A DNA stretch of 64,000 nucleotides from Methylophilaceae bacterium (GCA_029244935.1 JAQWQF010000011.1:1650-65649), one strand, 5' to 3'. Counted from the first letter of the stretch, positions 8,090 through 18,786 are shown. Numbers and translations are program-made. The notes: a model not told the origin generated them from the letters alone.

Positions 8090-8977
8090 TTACTCTGTGT
8101 AAGCATTAGGTTGGAACATTAACTTTAATTTTTTTAATCTTGCGAACAATTTAGGATCTTTTGGAACAGGTAAAGGTTGAGACTGTAATATTGCTCTCTC
8201 TAGGGCCTCGTCACAACTCTCAATTTTACTTGATTGAATTAACTTCGGCTCACCTAATAACTCTCCTGTTGGCATTAGTTGAATTTCAAATTCAAGTTCT
8301 ACTAAATCTAAACCACATAATTGTTTATTAACGTTTTGGTATATTTTCTGTTGGATCATTGCCTTAAATTTATTTAACTCTCCAGTATTCGAACCAGCAT
8401 AAACTTCTTGATCTCCTTCTACTGCAATACGTGCTTCTTTTTTAAATTCTTGGTCCAGAATTGATTCTTTTAATTTATCTAATTTTTCCTGCTCTAATAT
8501 TTTTTTTTGTATGGCCTCTAATTTTTCCTGCTCTAATAATTTTTTTTGAAATTGCTCTAATTTCTCCTGGTCTAATAATTTTTTTTGAAATTGCTCTAAT
8601 TTCTCCTGCTTTAGGGCTTCTCGTTGTATTTTCTTAATTTTTGCTCTTTTTTCTGCTTTCCTTTTTTTCTTTAGTTTAATTTCTGCATCTTCATTAATTT
8701 TAAGTTGTTTTTGTTTTTCAATAGCCTTAGGTGTTAATTTTTTAATATCAGCTGACTTCTTTTTATTACTAACTGGTTGGGGTTTAACTTGCATCGGCAT
8801 AGCATCCCATAATTCAATTTCTGAGTAATACACATCCTTTATTTGCCACTGAATCGATAACAACATAAAAATAAATAGCCCAAAATGAATAACAAAGGAA
8901 AATAAATTAGCTTGAAGGTCATAATTATCTTGAAGTTTCGAAATAATCATTGTTTTACTAAGCTTTGTAAAAATCAT
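8090..8977 (-). CDS. tolA: Tol-Pal system protein TolA
   Basis: 295 aa with an N-terminal membrane anchor, a long Lys/Glu/Gln-rich helical domain II and a small C-terminal domain. It lies between tolR and tolB. Confidence 0.88.
   Translation of the reverse strand: MIFTKLSKTMIISKLQDNYDLQANLFSFVIHFGLFIFMLLSIQWQIKDVYYSEIELWDAMPMQVKPQPVSNKKKSADIKKLTPKAIEKQKQLKINEDAEIKLKKKRKAEKRAKIKKIQREALKQEKLEQFQKKLLDQEKLEQFQKKLLEQEKLEAIQKKILEQEKLDKLKESILDQEFKKEARIAVEGDQEVYAGSNTGELNKFKAMIQQKIYQNVNKQLCGLDLVELEFEIQLMPTGELLGEPKLIQSSKIESCDEALERAILQSQPLPVPKDPKLFARLKKLKLMFQPNAYTE
8453..8608 (-). repeat. Four 39-bp (13-aa) tandem repeats QEKLEQFQKKLL(D/E) in TolA domain II
   Basis: TolA residues 124-175 read QEKLEQFQKKLLD, QEKLEQFQKKLLE, QEKLEAIQKKILE, QEKLDKLKESILD. 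The DNA copies are visibly similar at 8470-8610. Confidence 0.85.
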
Positions 8978-8981
8978 TTTT

Positions 8982-9368
8982 TTACTTTGAAGGAGTTAAT
9001 AATAAACCGACTTTATTAATTTCATTTTGTTTGAGCAGATCCATGACAGCGATAACTTCTTCGTATCTAACTTTTTTATCAGCAGCAATAACAACAGATT
9101 GATCAGGGTTCTTCTTTGTTGTTACTTTTAAATATGCTAATAACTCATCGCGCTTATATTTTTTTCCTTTAATTTCTATAGTTGCATTTTTTTTTATTGA
9201 AATGATAATAGGCTTAATTTTTTGTTTGAGTGATTGTCCAACTTTTGGTAAATCAACTACGCCAGGATTAATCATTGGTGCCGTAACCATAAAGATAACT
9301 AAAAGTACTAGCATTACATCTATATATGGAACAACATTAATTTGATTCATTAATCTTCTTTTTCTCAT
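8982..9368 (-). CDS. tolR: Tol-Pal system protein TolR (ExbD/TolR family)
   Basis: 128 aa. INVVPYIDVMLVLLVIFMV is the ExbD/TolR transmembrane signature. It lies between tolQ and tolA. Confidence 0.92.
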   Translation of the reverse strand: MRKRRLMNQINVVPYIDVMLVLLVIFMVTAPMINPGVVDLPKVGQSLKQKIKPIIISIKKNATIEIKGKKYKRDELLAYLKVTTKKNPDQSVVIAADKKVRYEEVIAVMDLLKQNEINKVGLLLTPSK

Positions 9369-9371
9369 GAC

Positions 9372-10043
9372 CTAGCCTTTACGGTCCATAATATTAATGA
9401 ACTCCTCCATAAAGCTCTCAAATCTTAAAGATAATCGATCAACTTTTGCTGCAAATCGATTATAAGCAATCACAGCAGGAATAGCAGCAAATAAACCAAT
9501 AGCAGTAGCTATTAATGCTTCTGCAATGCCTGGTGCAACCTGAGAAAGTGATGCTTGTGCTACATTTGCAAGTCCAATAAATGCATTCATGATTCCCCAA
9601 ACTGTTCCAAATAATCCAATATAAGGACTCACTGAACCTACCGATGCTAAAAATGGTAGATGACTTTCTAAGATGTCTACTTCTCTATTATATTCTGCCC
9701 GCATTGCCCTTCTGACACTCTCCACACTTTTATTATCAAATGTTCCACTTTCTTTTTGGCTAATATATTCTTTATATCCTGACCTAAATATTTCAGCCAA
9801 GCCTGACATATTTCTATTTGTAGAATTAAGCTGCTCATAAAACTTTTTTAAATCGCCGCCAGACCAAAAGAATCGTTCGAATTCATTTGTATTGTCTTCA
9901 GATTCTTTTAATATTTTGACCTTCAGATATATGTACTTCCAGGATACTATTGAGGCTAATATTAAAATAAGCATCACAAATTGAACAGGTATGCTTGCCC
10001 CAAAAACTAAAGAAAAGAAAGATAAATCACTTCCTATATTCAT
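9372..10043 (-). CDS. tolQ: Tol-Pal system protein TolQ (MotA/TolQ/ExbB channel)
   Basis: 223 aa with typical motifs (LASVGSVSPYIGLFGTVWGIMNAF, APGIAEALIATAIGLFAAIPAVIAYN). Confidence 0.94.
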   Translation of the reverse strand: MNIGSDLSFFSLVFGASIPVQFVMLILILASIVSWKYIYLKVKILKESEDNTNEFERFFWSGGDLKKFYEQLNSTNRNMSGLAEIFRSGYKEYISQKESGTFDNKSVESVRRAMRAEYNREVDILESHLPFLASVGSVSPYIGLFGTVWGIMNAFIGLANVAQASLSQVAPGIAEALIATAIGLFAAIPAVIAYNRFAAKVDRLSLRFESFMEEFINIMDRKG

Positions 10044-10444
10044 AATGTCTCCATAAGTTCTTTAATTTTCTTAGGAATTAAAGTTGGTTTAAAAAAAACT
10101 TCATCAATACAAGCAATTTCAACCTCAGCTTCTATCAATGAAATATTACTATTCTCAATTAATTGATCTAAAACAAGGCTACTTGATTTAACCTTAATAC
10201 ACCTAGTTTTAATTAATAATTCATCATTAAATCTTGCAGGTTTTCTAAATTTTATATTCATTTTATGCACAACAAACATAATATTTCTTTCATTTTTTAA
10301 TTGGCTTTGGTCAATACCTAAACTTCTTAGCCATTCTGTACGGGCTCGCTCCATAAATTTTAAATAATTAGCATGATAGACAACACCTCCACTATCTGTA
10401 TCCTCAAAATAAACTCTAGCCGCCCAATTAAATTCTTTTATCAT
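10040..10444 (-). CDS. ybgC: Tol-Pal-associated acyl-CoA thioesterase YbgC
   Basis: 134 aa. The hotdog-fold motif [25 protein letters not shown] is present. It is the first gene of the tol cluster, with 4-nt overlaps on both sides. Confidence 0.9.
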   Translation of the reverse strand: MIKEFNWAARVYFEDTDSGGVVYHANYLKFMERARTEWLRSLGIDQSQLKNERNIMFVVHKMNIKFRKPARFNDELLIKTRCIKVKSSSLVLDQLIENSNISLIEAEVEIACIDEVFFKPTLIPKKIKELMETL

Positions 10445-11463
10445 GAATTTTCATTTCTTTCTGGCGGAGTTAATCCAAAATGAATATATATTTTTTGGGT
10501 CGCCATTCTTCCTCGTGGTGTTCTCATAAGGTAACCTTGTTGAATCAAATAAGGCTCAATAACGTCTTCAATTGTTTCTTTTTCTTCCCCAATCGCTGCT
10601 GATAGATTATCTAGGCCTACAGGGCCCCCCGAAAATTTTTCAATAATTGCTTCAAGTAAATTTCGATCCATCAAATCCAGACCTATTAAATCGACGTCTA
10701 ACATCCTTAATGCTTCATCAGCAATTTCCTTATTAACTCTACCTTTTGCTTTTACTTCAGCGTAATCTCTAACTCGTCTAAGGAGGCGATTAGCAATTCT
10801 AGGAGTCCCTCTTGAGCGTTTTGCAATCTCATTTGCACCATCTTGATCAATATCTACTGCTAATAATCCTGCAGATCTTTCTATTATCATAGCTAATTCT
10901 TGATTATTATAAAATTCAAGCCTCGAAACAATCCCAAATCGATCTCTTAATGGGTTCGTTAACATACCAGCCCTTGTAGTAGCTCCCACTAAAGTAAAAG
11001 GAGGTAATTCTAATTTAACTGAACGGGCTGAAGGTCCTTCGCCTATCATGATATCGAGGCGATAGTCCTCCATAGCTGGGTAAAGTATTTCTTCAATTAC
11101 AGGAGATAAACGATGGATCTCATCTATAAATAGAACATCATTCTCTTCTAAATTTGATAAAAGGGCAGCTAAATCACCAGTCTTCTCTAAAACAGGTCCT
11201 GATGTTTGCCTTAGACTAACTCCCATTTCTCGCGAGATAATATGAGCTAGAGTAGTCTTACCTAAGCCGGGTGGTCCAAATAAAAGTACATGGTCTAATG
11301 CTTCTTTTCTATTCTTTGCAGCATCCATAAATATACTGAGCTGCTCTCGAATTTTTTCTTGCCCAATATACTCGTTGAGTTCTTTTGGTCTTAAGGCACG
11401 CTCAAAAGATTCTTCAACGTTATCAGTTGGGCTAGGGTCTATAAATCTATCTGGCTCAATCAT
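10441..11463 (-). CDS. ruvB: Holliday junction branch migration helicase RuvB
   Basis: 340 aa with Walker [18 protein letters not shown] and a typical RuvB C-terminus. Confidence 0.97.
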   Translation of the reverse strand: MIEPDRFIDPSPTDNVEESFERALRPKELNEYIGQEKIREQLSIFMDAAKNRKEALDHVLLFGPPGLGKTTLAHIISREMGVSLRQTSGPVLEKTGDLAALLSNLEENDVLFIDEIHRLSPVIEEILYPAMEDYRLDIMIGEGPSARSVKLELPPFTLVGATTRAGMLTNPLRDRFGIVSRLEFYNNQELAMIIERSAGLLAVDIDQDGANEIAKRSRGTPRIANRLLRRVRDYAEVKAKGRVNKEIADEALRMLDVDLIGLDLMDRNLLEAIIEKFSGGPVGLDNLSAAIGEEKETIEDVIEPYLIQQGYLMRTPRGRMATQKIYIHFGLTPPERNENS

Positions 11464-11476
11464 ATATACTCATTCA

Positions 11477-12058
11477 TTAAAGATTCTTTGACAACATTTT
11501 TAAGGCTTGTCGGATACCATCATTAACAGAAATTTCATCAGGCAACTCACGCAAAACATTTCCAGTATCTTTTAAGCTATAGCCTAAGCCAATCAGGGCA
11601 TTTTGTATATCATCAAGTTGAGATGGGTTACTATTTGTCGAACCATAGGCTGGCATATCTTTGAATTTATCTTTTAATTCTAAAACTAATCTATCTGCTG
11701 TTTTCTTACCAATCCCCGGAATTTTTACTAGTAAATCCGATTCTGATTGATTAATAGCCCTCATTAACTCATTAAGACTTATTCCACTTAAAATAGACAA
11801 TGCAACCTTAGCGCCAATGCCATTAACTTTTATCAGTTGTCTGAATATTTTTCTCTCCTGATGAGATGCGAATCCAAATAGTAATTGTGCATCCTCTCGA
11901 ACAACAAAATGCGTTAATAACATTACTTCATTCCCAATATCTGGGAGCTCGTAAAATGTTGTCATAGGGACTTCTAATTCGTATCCTACACCTTGGCAAT
12001 CCACTAAAATTATCGGAGGTGATTTATCTATTAAGTTTCCCTTTATTCTACCAATCAT
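11477..12058 (-). CDS. ruvA: Holliday junction DNA helicase RuvA
   Basis: 193 aa. MIGRIKGNLIDKSPPIILVDCQGVGYELEVP and the HhH motifs (VNGIGAKVAL, IPGIGKKTADRL) are present. Confidence 0.96.
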   Translation of the reverse strand: MIGRIKGNLIDKSPPIILVDCQGVGYELEVPMTTFYELPDIGNEVMLLTHFVVREDAQLLFGFASHQERKIFRQLIKVNGIGAKVALSILSGISLNELMRAINQSESDLLVKIPGIGKKTADRLVLELKDKFKDMPAYGSTNSNPSQLDDIQNALIGLGYSLKDTGNVLRELPDEISVNDGIRQALKMLSKNL

Positions 12059-12576
12059 ATAATTCTTCCACCTTTCATACGATTTCCCACCCCAAGATTT
12101 GATAAGCTACTGCTAATATTAGCATGACATATTCCACATGCTAGAGCATCTGCAGAATCAGAGGACGGAGTTGATGGAAGATTAAGCAATCGTTGGATCA
12201 TTGTCTGTACTTGATTTTTAGTGGCATGGCCCTTTCCCACTACTGACTTTTTAATTTGCAAAGCTGTGTATTCAAATACATCTAGATTCTTTGAGACTGC
12301 CGCTGCTATTGCAGCACCTCTTGCTTGTCCTAATAAAAGTGTTGATTGAGGGTTGGTATTAACAAATACTTTTTCAATTGCAACAACTTCCGGCTGAAAC
12401 TGCTCAATTACCTCTGTCAAACCACTTAATATAATTTTAATTCTTGACGCAAGATCAGACTCTTTATTAGAGGTTTTTATAATTCCACTTGCTATATATG
12501 TTACCGATTGATTTTTTTGAAAAATTACACCATATCCTGTGACTCTTAACCCAGGATCAATTCCTAATATCTTAAT
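12055..12576 (-). CDS. ruvC: Crossover junction endodeoxyribonuclease RuvC; the start is extended beyond the ORF-track call, probably to a non-canonical ATT
   Basis: The track ORF (12055-12420) begins at an internal TTG (Leu). The same frame is open up to the TGA at 12600-12598. It encodes (I)KILGIDPGLRVTGYGVIFQKNQSVTYIASGIIKTSNKESDLASRIKIILSGL, which is the conserved RuvC N-terminus with the catalytic Asp. There is no in-frame ATG/GTG/TTG upstream. ATT at 12576-12574 would give MKILGIDPG. Confidence 0.85.
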   Translation of the reverse strand: MKILGIDPGLRVTGYGVIFQKNQSVTYIASGIIKTSNKESDLASRIKIILSGLTEVIEQFQPEVVAIEKVFVNTNPQSTLLLGQARGAAIAAAVSKNLDVFEYTALQIKKSVVGKGHATKNQVQTMIQRLLNLPSTPSSDSADALACGICHANISSSLSNLGVGNRMKGGRII

Positions 12577-12587
12577 TTCTTTATTAA

Positions 12588-13316
12588 TTACACGCCCTCA
12601 ATAACAGCATTTGTATAAACCTCTTGAACATCATCTAAATCATCAAGGGCATCTAAAATTTTCTGCATTTTTTCCGCGGCATCTCCTTGAAATTCAATCT
12701 CAATTTCAGCCTTCATAGTTATTTCAGCTAATTCATAAACTAGCCCGACCTCATCTAATCTATCTTTAACAGTTAAGAACTCTGTTGGGGATGTTATAAC
12801 CTCAAAACTGCCATCCTCATTATTAATGATATCTTCTGCTCCAGATTCAATTGCAATTTCCATTAATTTATTTTCATCAGTATCTGGAGAAAAAAACAAA
12901 CTTCCACAATGCTTAAATAAAAATGCTACCGACCCATCTGTCCCCAGATTGCCTCCATTTTTACTTAATACATGCCGAACATCTGCCACTGCTCTTTGTT
13001 TATTATCTGTTAAACAATCAATAATAATTGCAGCGCCATTTATTCCATAACCCTCGTAACGTATTTCCTCGTAATTTACACCTTCTAACTCACCAGTTCC
13101 CCTCTTAATAGCTCTAGTGATATTTTCTGCGGTCATATTACCTTTTTTACCAGTAACAACTGCTGCCCTTAAGCGAGGATTAAAATTAATATCTCCTCCG
13201 CCCATTCGAGCAGCTACAGTAATTTCCTTTATTAGTTTAGTAAATATTTTTCCCCTTTTTGCATCTTGTCTTCCTTTCCGATGCTGAATATTTGCCCACT
13301 TTGAATGTCCAGCCAT
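12588..13316 (-). CDS. yebC: YebC/PmpR family DNA-binding transcriptional regulator
   Basis: 242 aa. [32 protein letters not shown] is the family signature. It lies upstream of ruvC as in many bacteria. Confidence 0.95.
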   Translation of the reverse strand: MAGHSKWANIQHRKGRQDAKRGKIFTKLIKEITVAARMGGGDINFNPRLRAAVVTGKKGNMTAENITRAIKRGTGELEGVNYEEIRYEGYGINGAAIIIDCLTDNKQRAVADVRHVLSKNGGNLGTDGSVAFLFKHCGSLFFSPDTDENKLMEIAIESGAEDIINNEDGSFEVITSPTEFLTVKDRLDEVGLVYELAEITMKAEIEIEFQGDAAEKMQKILDALDDLDDVQEVYTNAVIEGV

Positions 13317-13621
13317 AATTTTAAATGCCTATAAAAACTTTGATTAAATAAATATTTTAACAGCTAATTCATTTTCGATAACTTAAGATAGCTTTTCCTT
13401 ACTTTTATTCATATAAGAGATATTTGAACCCCATATGATAGACATTAATAAAAGCCCCCAACTGCTAATATTTTTTTATTTTTCATAGAATTTGAAAATT
13501 TTAGATTTAGTAGCTATTAACTCTATGATAGAGTTTTTTTGATTAGCATTGAATAATGCTATTTTAATTTAGCACTAAACTGAATTTTAAGCTTTAATAT
13601 TTTATTTAGGTCTAGGTACAT

Positions 13622-14041
13622 TTATTCACCAATAATTTTTACTAGCACCCTTTTTTTCCGCCGCCCATCAAACTCACCATAAAAAATTTGTTCCCATGGC
13701 CCAAAATCTAATTGTCCATCTGTAATAGCAACAACTACTTCCCGACCCATTACCTGTCTCTTCATATGAGCATCTGCATTATCTTCGCCAGTATCATTAT
13801 GCCTATAACCGCTAACTGGTTCATGAGGGGCTAAATGCTCTAACCATTTTTTATAGTCATGATGGAGCCCAGACTCATCATCATTTATAAAAACACTTGC
13901 AGTAATATGCATTGCATTAACTAAAACAAGACCTTCTGAGACACCACTTTCATTTAAACAATCTCTAATATCTGAGGTTATATTAGTGAAATGCATTCTT
14001 TCTGGGGCTTCAAACCACAATTCTTTTCTATAGCTCTTCAT
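13622..14041 (-). CDS. yjbQ: YjbQ/UPF0047 family protein (secondary thiamine-phosphate synthase-like)
   Basis: 139 aa. The motifs [28 protein letters not shown] and [39 protein letters not shown] are typical of the YjbQ family. Confidence 0.8.
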   Translation of the reverse strand: MKSYRKELWFEAPERMHFTNITSDIRDCLNESGVSEGLVLVNAMHITASVFINDDESGLHHDYKKWLEHLAPHEPVSGYRHNDTGEDNADAHMKRQVMGREVVVAITDGQLDFGPWEQIFYGEFDGRRKKRVLVKIIGE

Positions 14042-14076
14042 TTTTTACTTCCTCTTCAGTGTTTATAAATTAAAAT

Positions 14077-14451
14077 TTAAATAAATATTAACTCAATACC
14101 ATTTCCAACAGGATCCTTAAAGAAAAGTTGTTTAGTTCTAATTTCAGGTACTTCTCTATAACTATATTTAATATTATTATCAGTTAAAATTTTCTCATAA
14201 TGTGAGATATTTGAAGCACTAAATGCCATATGATCGAATGTTGAATTAACATGATGGTCTTTTATATCATTATTTTTAGTAGAACTAAGATGTAAAACAT
14301 CCTTTCCTTTTGCATTCAACCAAAATCCCTTACTTTTAAATGGGGGTCGCTTACCTAGACTCAAACCAACCACATTTATATAAAAGTCTTTTAGTTTGTT
14401 CATAGTTAATTCATCAGATCTTAAATTGTAATGATTAATACCTTCAATCAT
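14077..14451 (-). CDS. VOC (glyoxalase/bleomycin-resistance/dioxygenase) family protein
   Basis: Starts INHYNLRS, with FDHMAFSA and [15 protein letters not shown] place the start at the ATG at 14451 (MIEGINH...) rather than the track start 14517, which lies inside aspS. That leaves an 8-nt overlap with the aspS stop. Confidence 0.7.
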   Translation of the reverse strand: MIEGINHYNLRSDELTMNKLKDFYINVVGLSLGKRPPFKSKGFWLNAKGKDVLHLSSTKNNDIKDHHVNSTFDHMAFSASNISHYEKILTDNNIKYSYREVPEIRTKQLFFKDPVGNGIELIFI

Positions 14452-16240
14452 CTTTATTTTCTGACTTGCTAGTTGATCTAACTTTAATATGAAGCTCACG
14501 CAATTGTTTTTCATCAACGTGATTTGGAGCTTGAGTCAATAAACATTGTGCTTTTTGTGTCTTAGGGAAAGCAATAACATCTCTAATTGAATCAGCCCCA
14601 GCAAGTAATGTAGCCAATCTATCTAAGCCAAAAGCCAGTCCGCCATGAGGAGGTGCTCCATATTGAAGAGCATCCAACAAGAAACCAAATTTTTCTTTTG
14701 CTTCTCCATCGGAAATATTTAATGCTTTAAATACTCTGGATTGAAGTGATTGCTGATGTATACGGATGGACCCTCCACCAACTTCCCAGCCATTAATGAC
14801 CATATCATATGCTTTAGACAAGCAACTTCCCGGATCCGAATCTAATAAATTCTCATGCCCATCTTTTGGGGCTGTGAATGGATGGTGCAATGCATTCCAT
14901 CGGTTAGCTTCATCATCATGTTCAAACATTGGGAAATCAATTATCCATAGTGGCGCCCATTCTTCACCTGTTAAATGTTTCTTTTCATGGCCTATTTTTT
15001 CCCTTAGAGCTCCTAGCGCTTCATTAACTACTTTCTTTTTATCTGCACCAAAAAAGACTAGATCTCCATTTTCTGCAGCAGTTAGCTCAATAATTGATGC
15101 TAGCGCTTTTTCGTGTATATTTTTAACTATTGGACTTTGTAAGCCCTCTTCATTTAGATGGTCTTTATTATTTATTTTAATATAAGCCAATCCTTTGGCA
15201 CCATATATTTTCACAAACTCTGTATAAGCATCTATTTCTGAGCGCGAAAGTTCTCCACCTCCCGGAATTTTTAAAGCAGCTACCCTGCCATTTTTCATAT
15301 TAGCCGCCGATGAAAATACTTTAAAGTCTACATCCTTCATTACCTCGGTCATATCAACTAGCTCTAATGTAACCCGTAAATCTGGTTTATCAGAACCATA
15401 ACGCTCAATTGCTTCATGATAGGTAATAGAATTAAATGTTTTTGGTAGGTCTATTTTCATAACCTTAAAAAACATCTCACGAATCATATTTTCGCTAATA
15501 GTCATAATGTCAGATTCATTTACAAATGAAGCCTCTATATCGATCTGAGTAAATTCAGGCTGCCTATCAGCCCTAAGATCTTCATCTCTAAAACACTTAG
15601 CTATCTGAAAATATTTATCAAAACCAGATACCATTAAAATTTGTTTAAATAATTGAGGTGATTGAGGAAGAGCAAAGAATTCTCCTTGGTGAACTCTAGA
15701 AGGAACCAGATAATCTCTAGCTCCTTCTGGGGTGCTCCTTGTTAAAATTGGTGTTTCAATTTCAATAAATTGCTCTTTATCTAGAAACTGTCTAATATTT
15801 TTTGAGATGTCATAGCGCAACTTAAGATTGTTTTGCATTTCATCCCTACGTAAATCAATAAATCGATGTTCTAATCTAATAGATTCTGTTATCGAGTCAT
15901 CATCTAACATAAAAGGTGGGGTTAAAGATGTATTTAAAATTTTTATTTCCGAGGCAAGCATTTCTACTTCACCGGTAGGTAAATTTTTATTTATTGTTCC
16001 TTCAGGCCTGAGTCTAACCTTACATATAACCTTTAAAACAAACTCATTTCGAATTGATTCAGCGGCCTTAAATGCTTCAACTGTATCTGGATCAATAACA
16101 ATCTGAGCTAGCCCCATTCGATCACGTAAATCAACAAAAATTACACCTCCATGATCTCTTCTTCGATGTGCCCATCCACATAAGGTTACATCCTGCCCTA
16201 GGTGGCTTTTATTTAATTCTCCACAATAATGCGTTCTCAT
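14444..16240 (-). CDS. aspS: Aspartate--tRNA ligase (probably non-discriminating, given gatCAB in the window)
   Basis: 598 aa. [10 protein letters not shown]..., class II motifs ([34 protein letters not shown]) and the bacterial GAD insertion are present. Confidence 0.97.
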   Translation of the reverse strand: MRTHYCGELNKSHLGQDVTLCGWAHRRRDHGGVIFVDLRDRMGLAQIVIDPDTVEAFKAAESIRNEFVLKVICKVRLRPEGTINKNLPTGEVEMLASEIKILNTSLTPPFMLDDDSITESIRLEHRFIDLRRDEMQNNLKLRYDISKNIRQFLDKEQFIEIETPILTRSTPEGARDYLVPSRVHQGEFFALPQSPQLFKQILMVSGFDKYFQIAKCFRDEDLRADRQPEFTQIDIEASFVNESDIMTISENMIREMFFKVMKIDLPKTFNSITYHEAIERYGSDKPDLRVTLELVDMTEVMKDVDFKVFSSAANMKNGRVAALKIPGGGELSRSEIDAYTEFVKIYGAKGLAYIKINNKDHLNEEGLQSPIVKNIHEKALASIIELTAAENGDLVFFGADKKKVVNEALGALREKIGHEKKHLTGEEWAPLWIIDFPMFEHDDEANRWNALHHPFTAPKDGHENLLDSDPGSCLSKAYDMVINGWEVGGGSIRIHQQSLQSRVFKALNISDGEAKEKFGFLLDALQYGAPPHGGLAFGLDRLATLLAGADSIRDVIAFPKTQKAQCLLTQAPNHVDEKQLRELHIKVRSTSKSENKDD

Positions 16241-16251
16241 TTAGCTCTCTT

Positions 16252-16872
16252 TTACTTAGAAGTATTTTTAATTTTTTGATTTTTTTTGGCTGGTACCACA
16301 CCCATTGAAATAACATATTTTAATACTTGATCAACGCTAATATCTAAATCAATTACTTTGTTTTTCGGAACAATTAAGGTGTAGCCTGAAGTAGGATTTG
16401 GAGTTGTTGGAACATAAACATTTACAAACTTACCCTTTAAATTTTTATCTATTTCTTCATTAGGCTCTCCGGTAATAAATGCAAAGCTATAAGTTCCAGC
16501 CATAGGAAACTCAATTAATACAGCTTTAGTAAATGCATTCCCTGAGTTTGATAATAAGGTATCTGATACCTGTTTAATTCCCCCATAAATTGTCTTTACA
16601 AAAGGTAAGCGATTTACTAAATTTTCGTATAATAAAATAATCTTTTTACCAAAAAAATTATTAGCAAGAAATCCGGTAAATAAGATAATAAGAAAAGTCA
16701 TAATTACCCCAAAACCAATCACAGGTGTTCCTATAATGTTACTAGGTCTTACTGTTTCAGGCAGAAGTAATATAATCTGATCTAAAAAAGAAATTAGCGT
16801 ACCTAAAAGCCATACCGTTAAAATTATTGGGATTAAAACTAAAAGGCCTGTAAGAAAATTTTTTTTAATCAT
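16252..16872 (-). CDS. DUF502 family inner-membrane protein
   Basis: 206 aa with two N-terminal transmembrane helices. The motifs LPFVKTIYGGIKQVSDTLL and VPTTPNPTSGY are characteristic of DUF502. It lies upstream of aspS as in many betaproteobacteria. Confidence 0.8.
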   Translation of the reverse strand: MIKKNFLTGLLVLIPIILTVWLLGTLISFLDQIILLLPETVRPSNIIGTPVIGFGVIMTFLIILFTGFLANNFFGKKIILLYENLVNRLPFVKTIYGGIKQVSDTLLSNSGNAFTKAVLIEFPMAGTYSFAFITGEPNEEIDKNLKGKFVNVYVPTTPNPTSGYTLIVPKNKVIDLDISVDQVLKYVISMGVVPAKKNQKIKNTSK

Positions 16873-16955
16873 TATTTTTAGTTGCTTCCAAATTAGTAAT
16901 TTTTTTTAATTCTGTTTTATCTGCTAAATTCATAAATCGCCATTTTTTATGCCTA

Positions 16956-17414
16956 TTAAAAAGGAATATCATCATCAAATTCATCTAGGCCTGATGGTGC
17001 TGGTGGTGCTGAGGCTGCAGTTGGCTCACTTGATGACGCTGGAGCTGTTTGATTCATGCCTGAGTCATTATTATTACTTCCCCCACTATCTTTAGAGCCA
17101 AGAAATGTCATCTGGCTCGCAACAATTTGCGTAAAATATCTAGTTTGTCCGTCTTTCTCTGACTTATTAGTCTGTAATCTTCCTTCTAAATACACCTGGC
17201 TTCCTTTTTTTAAGTATTGATTGCCAATCTCAGCAAGTTTGCCAAACATACTGATATTATGCCATTCCGTTTGTTCTTGATTATTTCCCTCTTTATCTTT
17301 ATACCTTCTACTTGTCGCAACCGCGAAGCTACAAATAGGCTGTTGATTTGCGGTATACCTTTCCTCTGGATCTCGACCTAGCCTTCCAACTAAAATGACT
17401 TTATTTACTGACAT
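16956..17414 (-). CDS. ssb: Single-stranded DNA-binding protein
   Basis: [17 protein letters not shown]...[12 protein letters not shown]... with the acidic tail DEFDDDIPF. The start is set at ATG 17414, preceded by GGGAGA. The 26-codon extension in the track has no SSB counterpart. Confidence 0.95.
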   Translation of the reverse strand: MSVNKVILVGRLGRDPEERYTANQQPICSFAVATSRRYKDKEGNNQEQTEWHNISMFGKLAEIGNQYLKKGSQVYLEGRLQTNKSEKDGQTRYFTQIVASQMTFLGSKDSGGSNNNDSGMNQTAPASSSEPTAASAPPAPSGLDEFDDDIPF

Positions 17415-17518
17415 ATCAAATCTCCCAAATAGACTATATATATAATTGACACTTTTTTTACTAAAATAAAAATTAAAACATAATGCTGACATTATATTTT
17501 AATTGTATTATTAAAATA

Positions 17519-18706
17519 CTACGATTTATTTATTGGAATATTCATATTTAATGAAAAAATAAACCAAATAAAAATCAGAGCTCCACAAAACAAGAAGGTA
17601 CCAGAATAACCATAAAACGTTGTAATTAAACCTCCAACGAAACCGCCAACAAATATACCTAGAGACTGAGATGTATTATACACACCTAATGCCAAACCTT
17701 TTTGATTCCCGGGAGCTATCTTGCTCACAAGACTTGGAAGAGAAGCCTCTAGAAAATTAAAGCCCACAAAATAAATTAAGAGAGACATCACAATACCCAC
17801 TAAATCATTAGAAAAATAAATAAATGAAAATTGAGCTGCAAGCAAAATTAGAATTGATAATAAAAAAGCTAGTTTAATCTGCTTTAACTTCTCTGAAAAA
17901 ATAATGATAGGAACGATTAAAATAAAAGATAATAATAGTATAGGTAGATAAATCATCCAGTGGTCATGGAGAGGTAAATTCCCTTGTTGGATCAAATAAA
18001 ATGGAATCACCATAAACATAGAAATTTGAGCAACATGCAGAACAAAAATGCCTAGATTTAATCGACCTAGGTCAAACCTAACTAAGATAGCGTAAAAATC
18101 GTTTAAATTTAAGACAGGCTTTTTATTAGTTCTTTTTGGTTCGTGAATATATAAATGAATAATGATAGCTGCCAAGATAGACAAAAGCGCCATCAGGAAG
18201 AAAATTCCTGAAACGCCAATCTTGTCATTTAACCAGGGTGAAATAACCAAAGATAATGCGAATGTGAGGCCAATCGACCCTCCCACAATAGCCATAGCTT
18301 TTGTACGATGTTCATCACGAGTGAGATCTGACAATAAAGCAGTTAAAACTGCAGAAATTGCCCCCGCTCCCTGAATAGCTCTACCAATAATAATATTCTC
18401 AATCTGACTTGAGCTTCCAGCAATTATTGAGCCTATAACAAATAATGCTAATCCAAAATATATAACTTTCTTTCTTCCAAAAAAATCTGAACTCATACCA
18501 AACGGAATTTGAAAGACTGCTTGCGTTAATCCATATATACCTAGTGCCAGCCCAATCTGAAGTTGTGTAGGATTTCCTGATAATCCTGAGGCATAAATCG
18601 CAAATATTGGAAGAATTAGGAACATGCCTAGCATGCGAAGACCATAAACAGATGCTAAAAATAAACTAGCGCGTATTTCAAAGGATGACATTTTTTTACT
18701 ACTCAT
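17519..18706 (-). CDS. MFS transporter (the conserved uvrA-divergent, ssb-upstream MFS gene)
   Basis: 395 aa with about 12 predicted transmembrane helices and the MFS loop motif GMSSDFFGRKKVI. The uvrA / MFS-ssb arrangement is conserved in Pseudomonas and Burkholderiales. The substrate is unknown. Confidence 0.85.
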   Translation of the reverse strand: MSSKKMSSFEIRASLFLASVYGLRMLGMFLILPIFAIYASGLSGNPTQLQIGLALGIYGLTQAVFQIPFGMSSDFFGRKKVIYFGLALFVIGSIIAGSSSQIENIIIGRAIQGAGAISAVLTALLSDLTRDEHRTKAMAIVGGSIGLTFALSLVISPWLNDKIGVSGIFFLMALLSILAAIIIHLYIHEPKRTNKKPVLNLNDFYAILVRFDLGRLNLGIFVLHVAQISMFMVIPFYLIQQGNLPLHDHWMIYLPILLLSFILIVPIIIFSEKLKQIKLAFLLSILILLAAQFSFIYFSNDLVGIVMSLLIYFVGFNFLEASLPSLVSKIAPGNQKGLALGVYNTSQSLGIFVGGFVGGLITTFYGYSGTFLFCGALIFIWFIFSLNMNIPINKS

Positions 18707-18786
18707 AGATTTTATATCTTAATAGGTTTCTAATTTAAGGAATATTCCGTATATTATCAGGTTGCTCTTAGAAAAAGATAGAATAT

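Noticed and set aside
8453-8608. Tandem 13-aa repeats in TolA as a possible novelty
   Set aside because: Lys/Glu/Gln-rich periodic repeats are the normal make-up of TolA domain II (a long helical spacer) in many species. This is recorded as a repeat feature only.
13492-13565. Promoter-like TTGAAA-17-TATTAA followed by two hairpin/T-run structures: a possible tiny plus-strand sRNA
   Set aside because: The predicted transcript would be only about 40 nt. The stems are 4-7 bp and AT-rich, and such motifs arise readily by chance at this base composition. It is kept only as a remark within the spacer finding.
13562-13621. 19-codon ORF (MYLDLNKILKLKIQFSAKLK) starting right after the yjbQ stop (TAAATG)
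   Set aside because: It is too short, has no recognisable motif or ribosome-binding site, and sits in AT-rich spacer where such ORFs are expected by chance.
18747-18761. CCGTATATTATCAGG upstream of uvrA, considered as a LexA SOS box (CTGT-N8-ACAG) or a dif-like XerCD site (shares GTATATTAT with E. coli dif)
   Set aside because: As an SOS box the half-sites are degenerate and the spacing is 2 nt too short. As dif, only the central region and 4 nt of one arm match, and neither flanking arm resembles the XerC or XerD binding arms. Most likely a chance AT-rich match.
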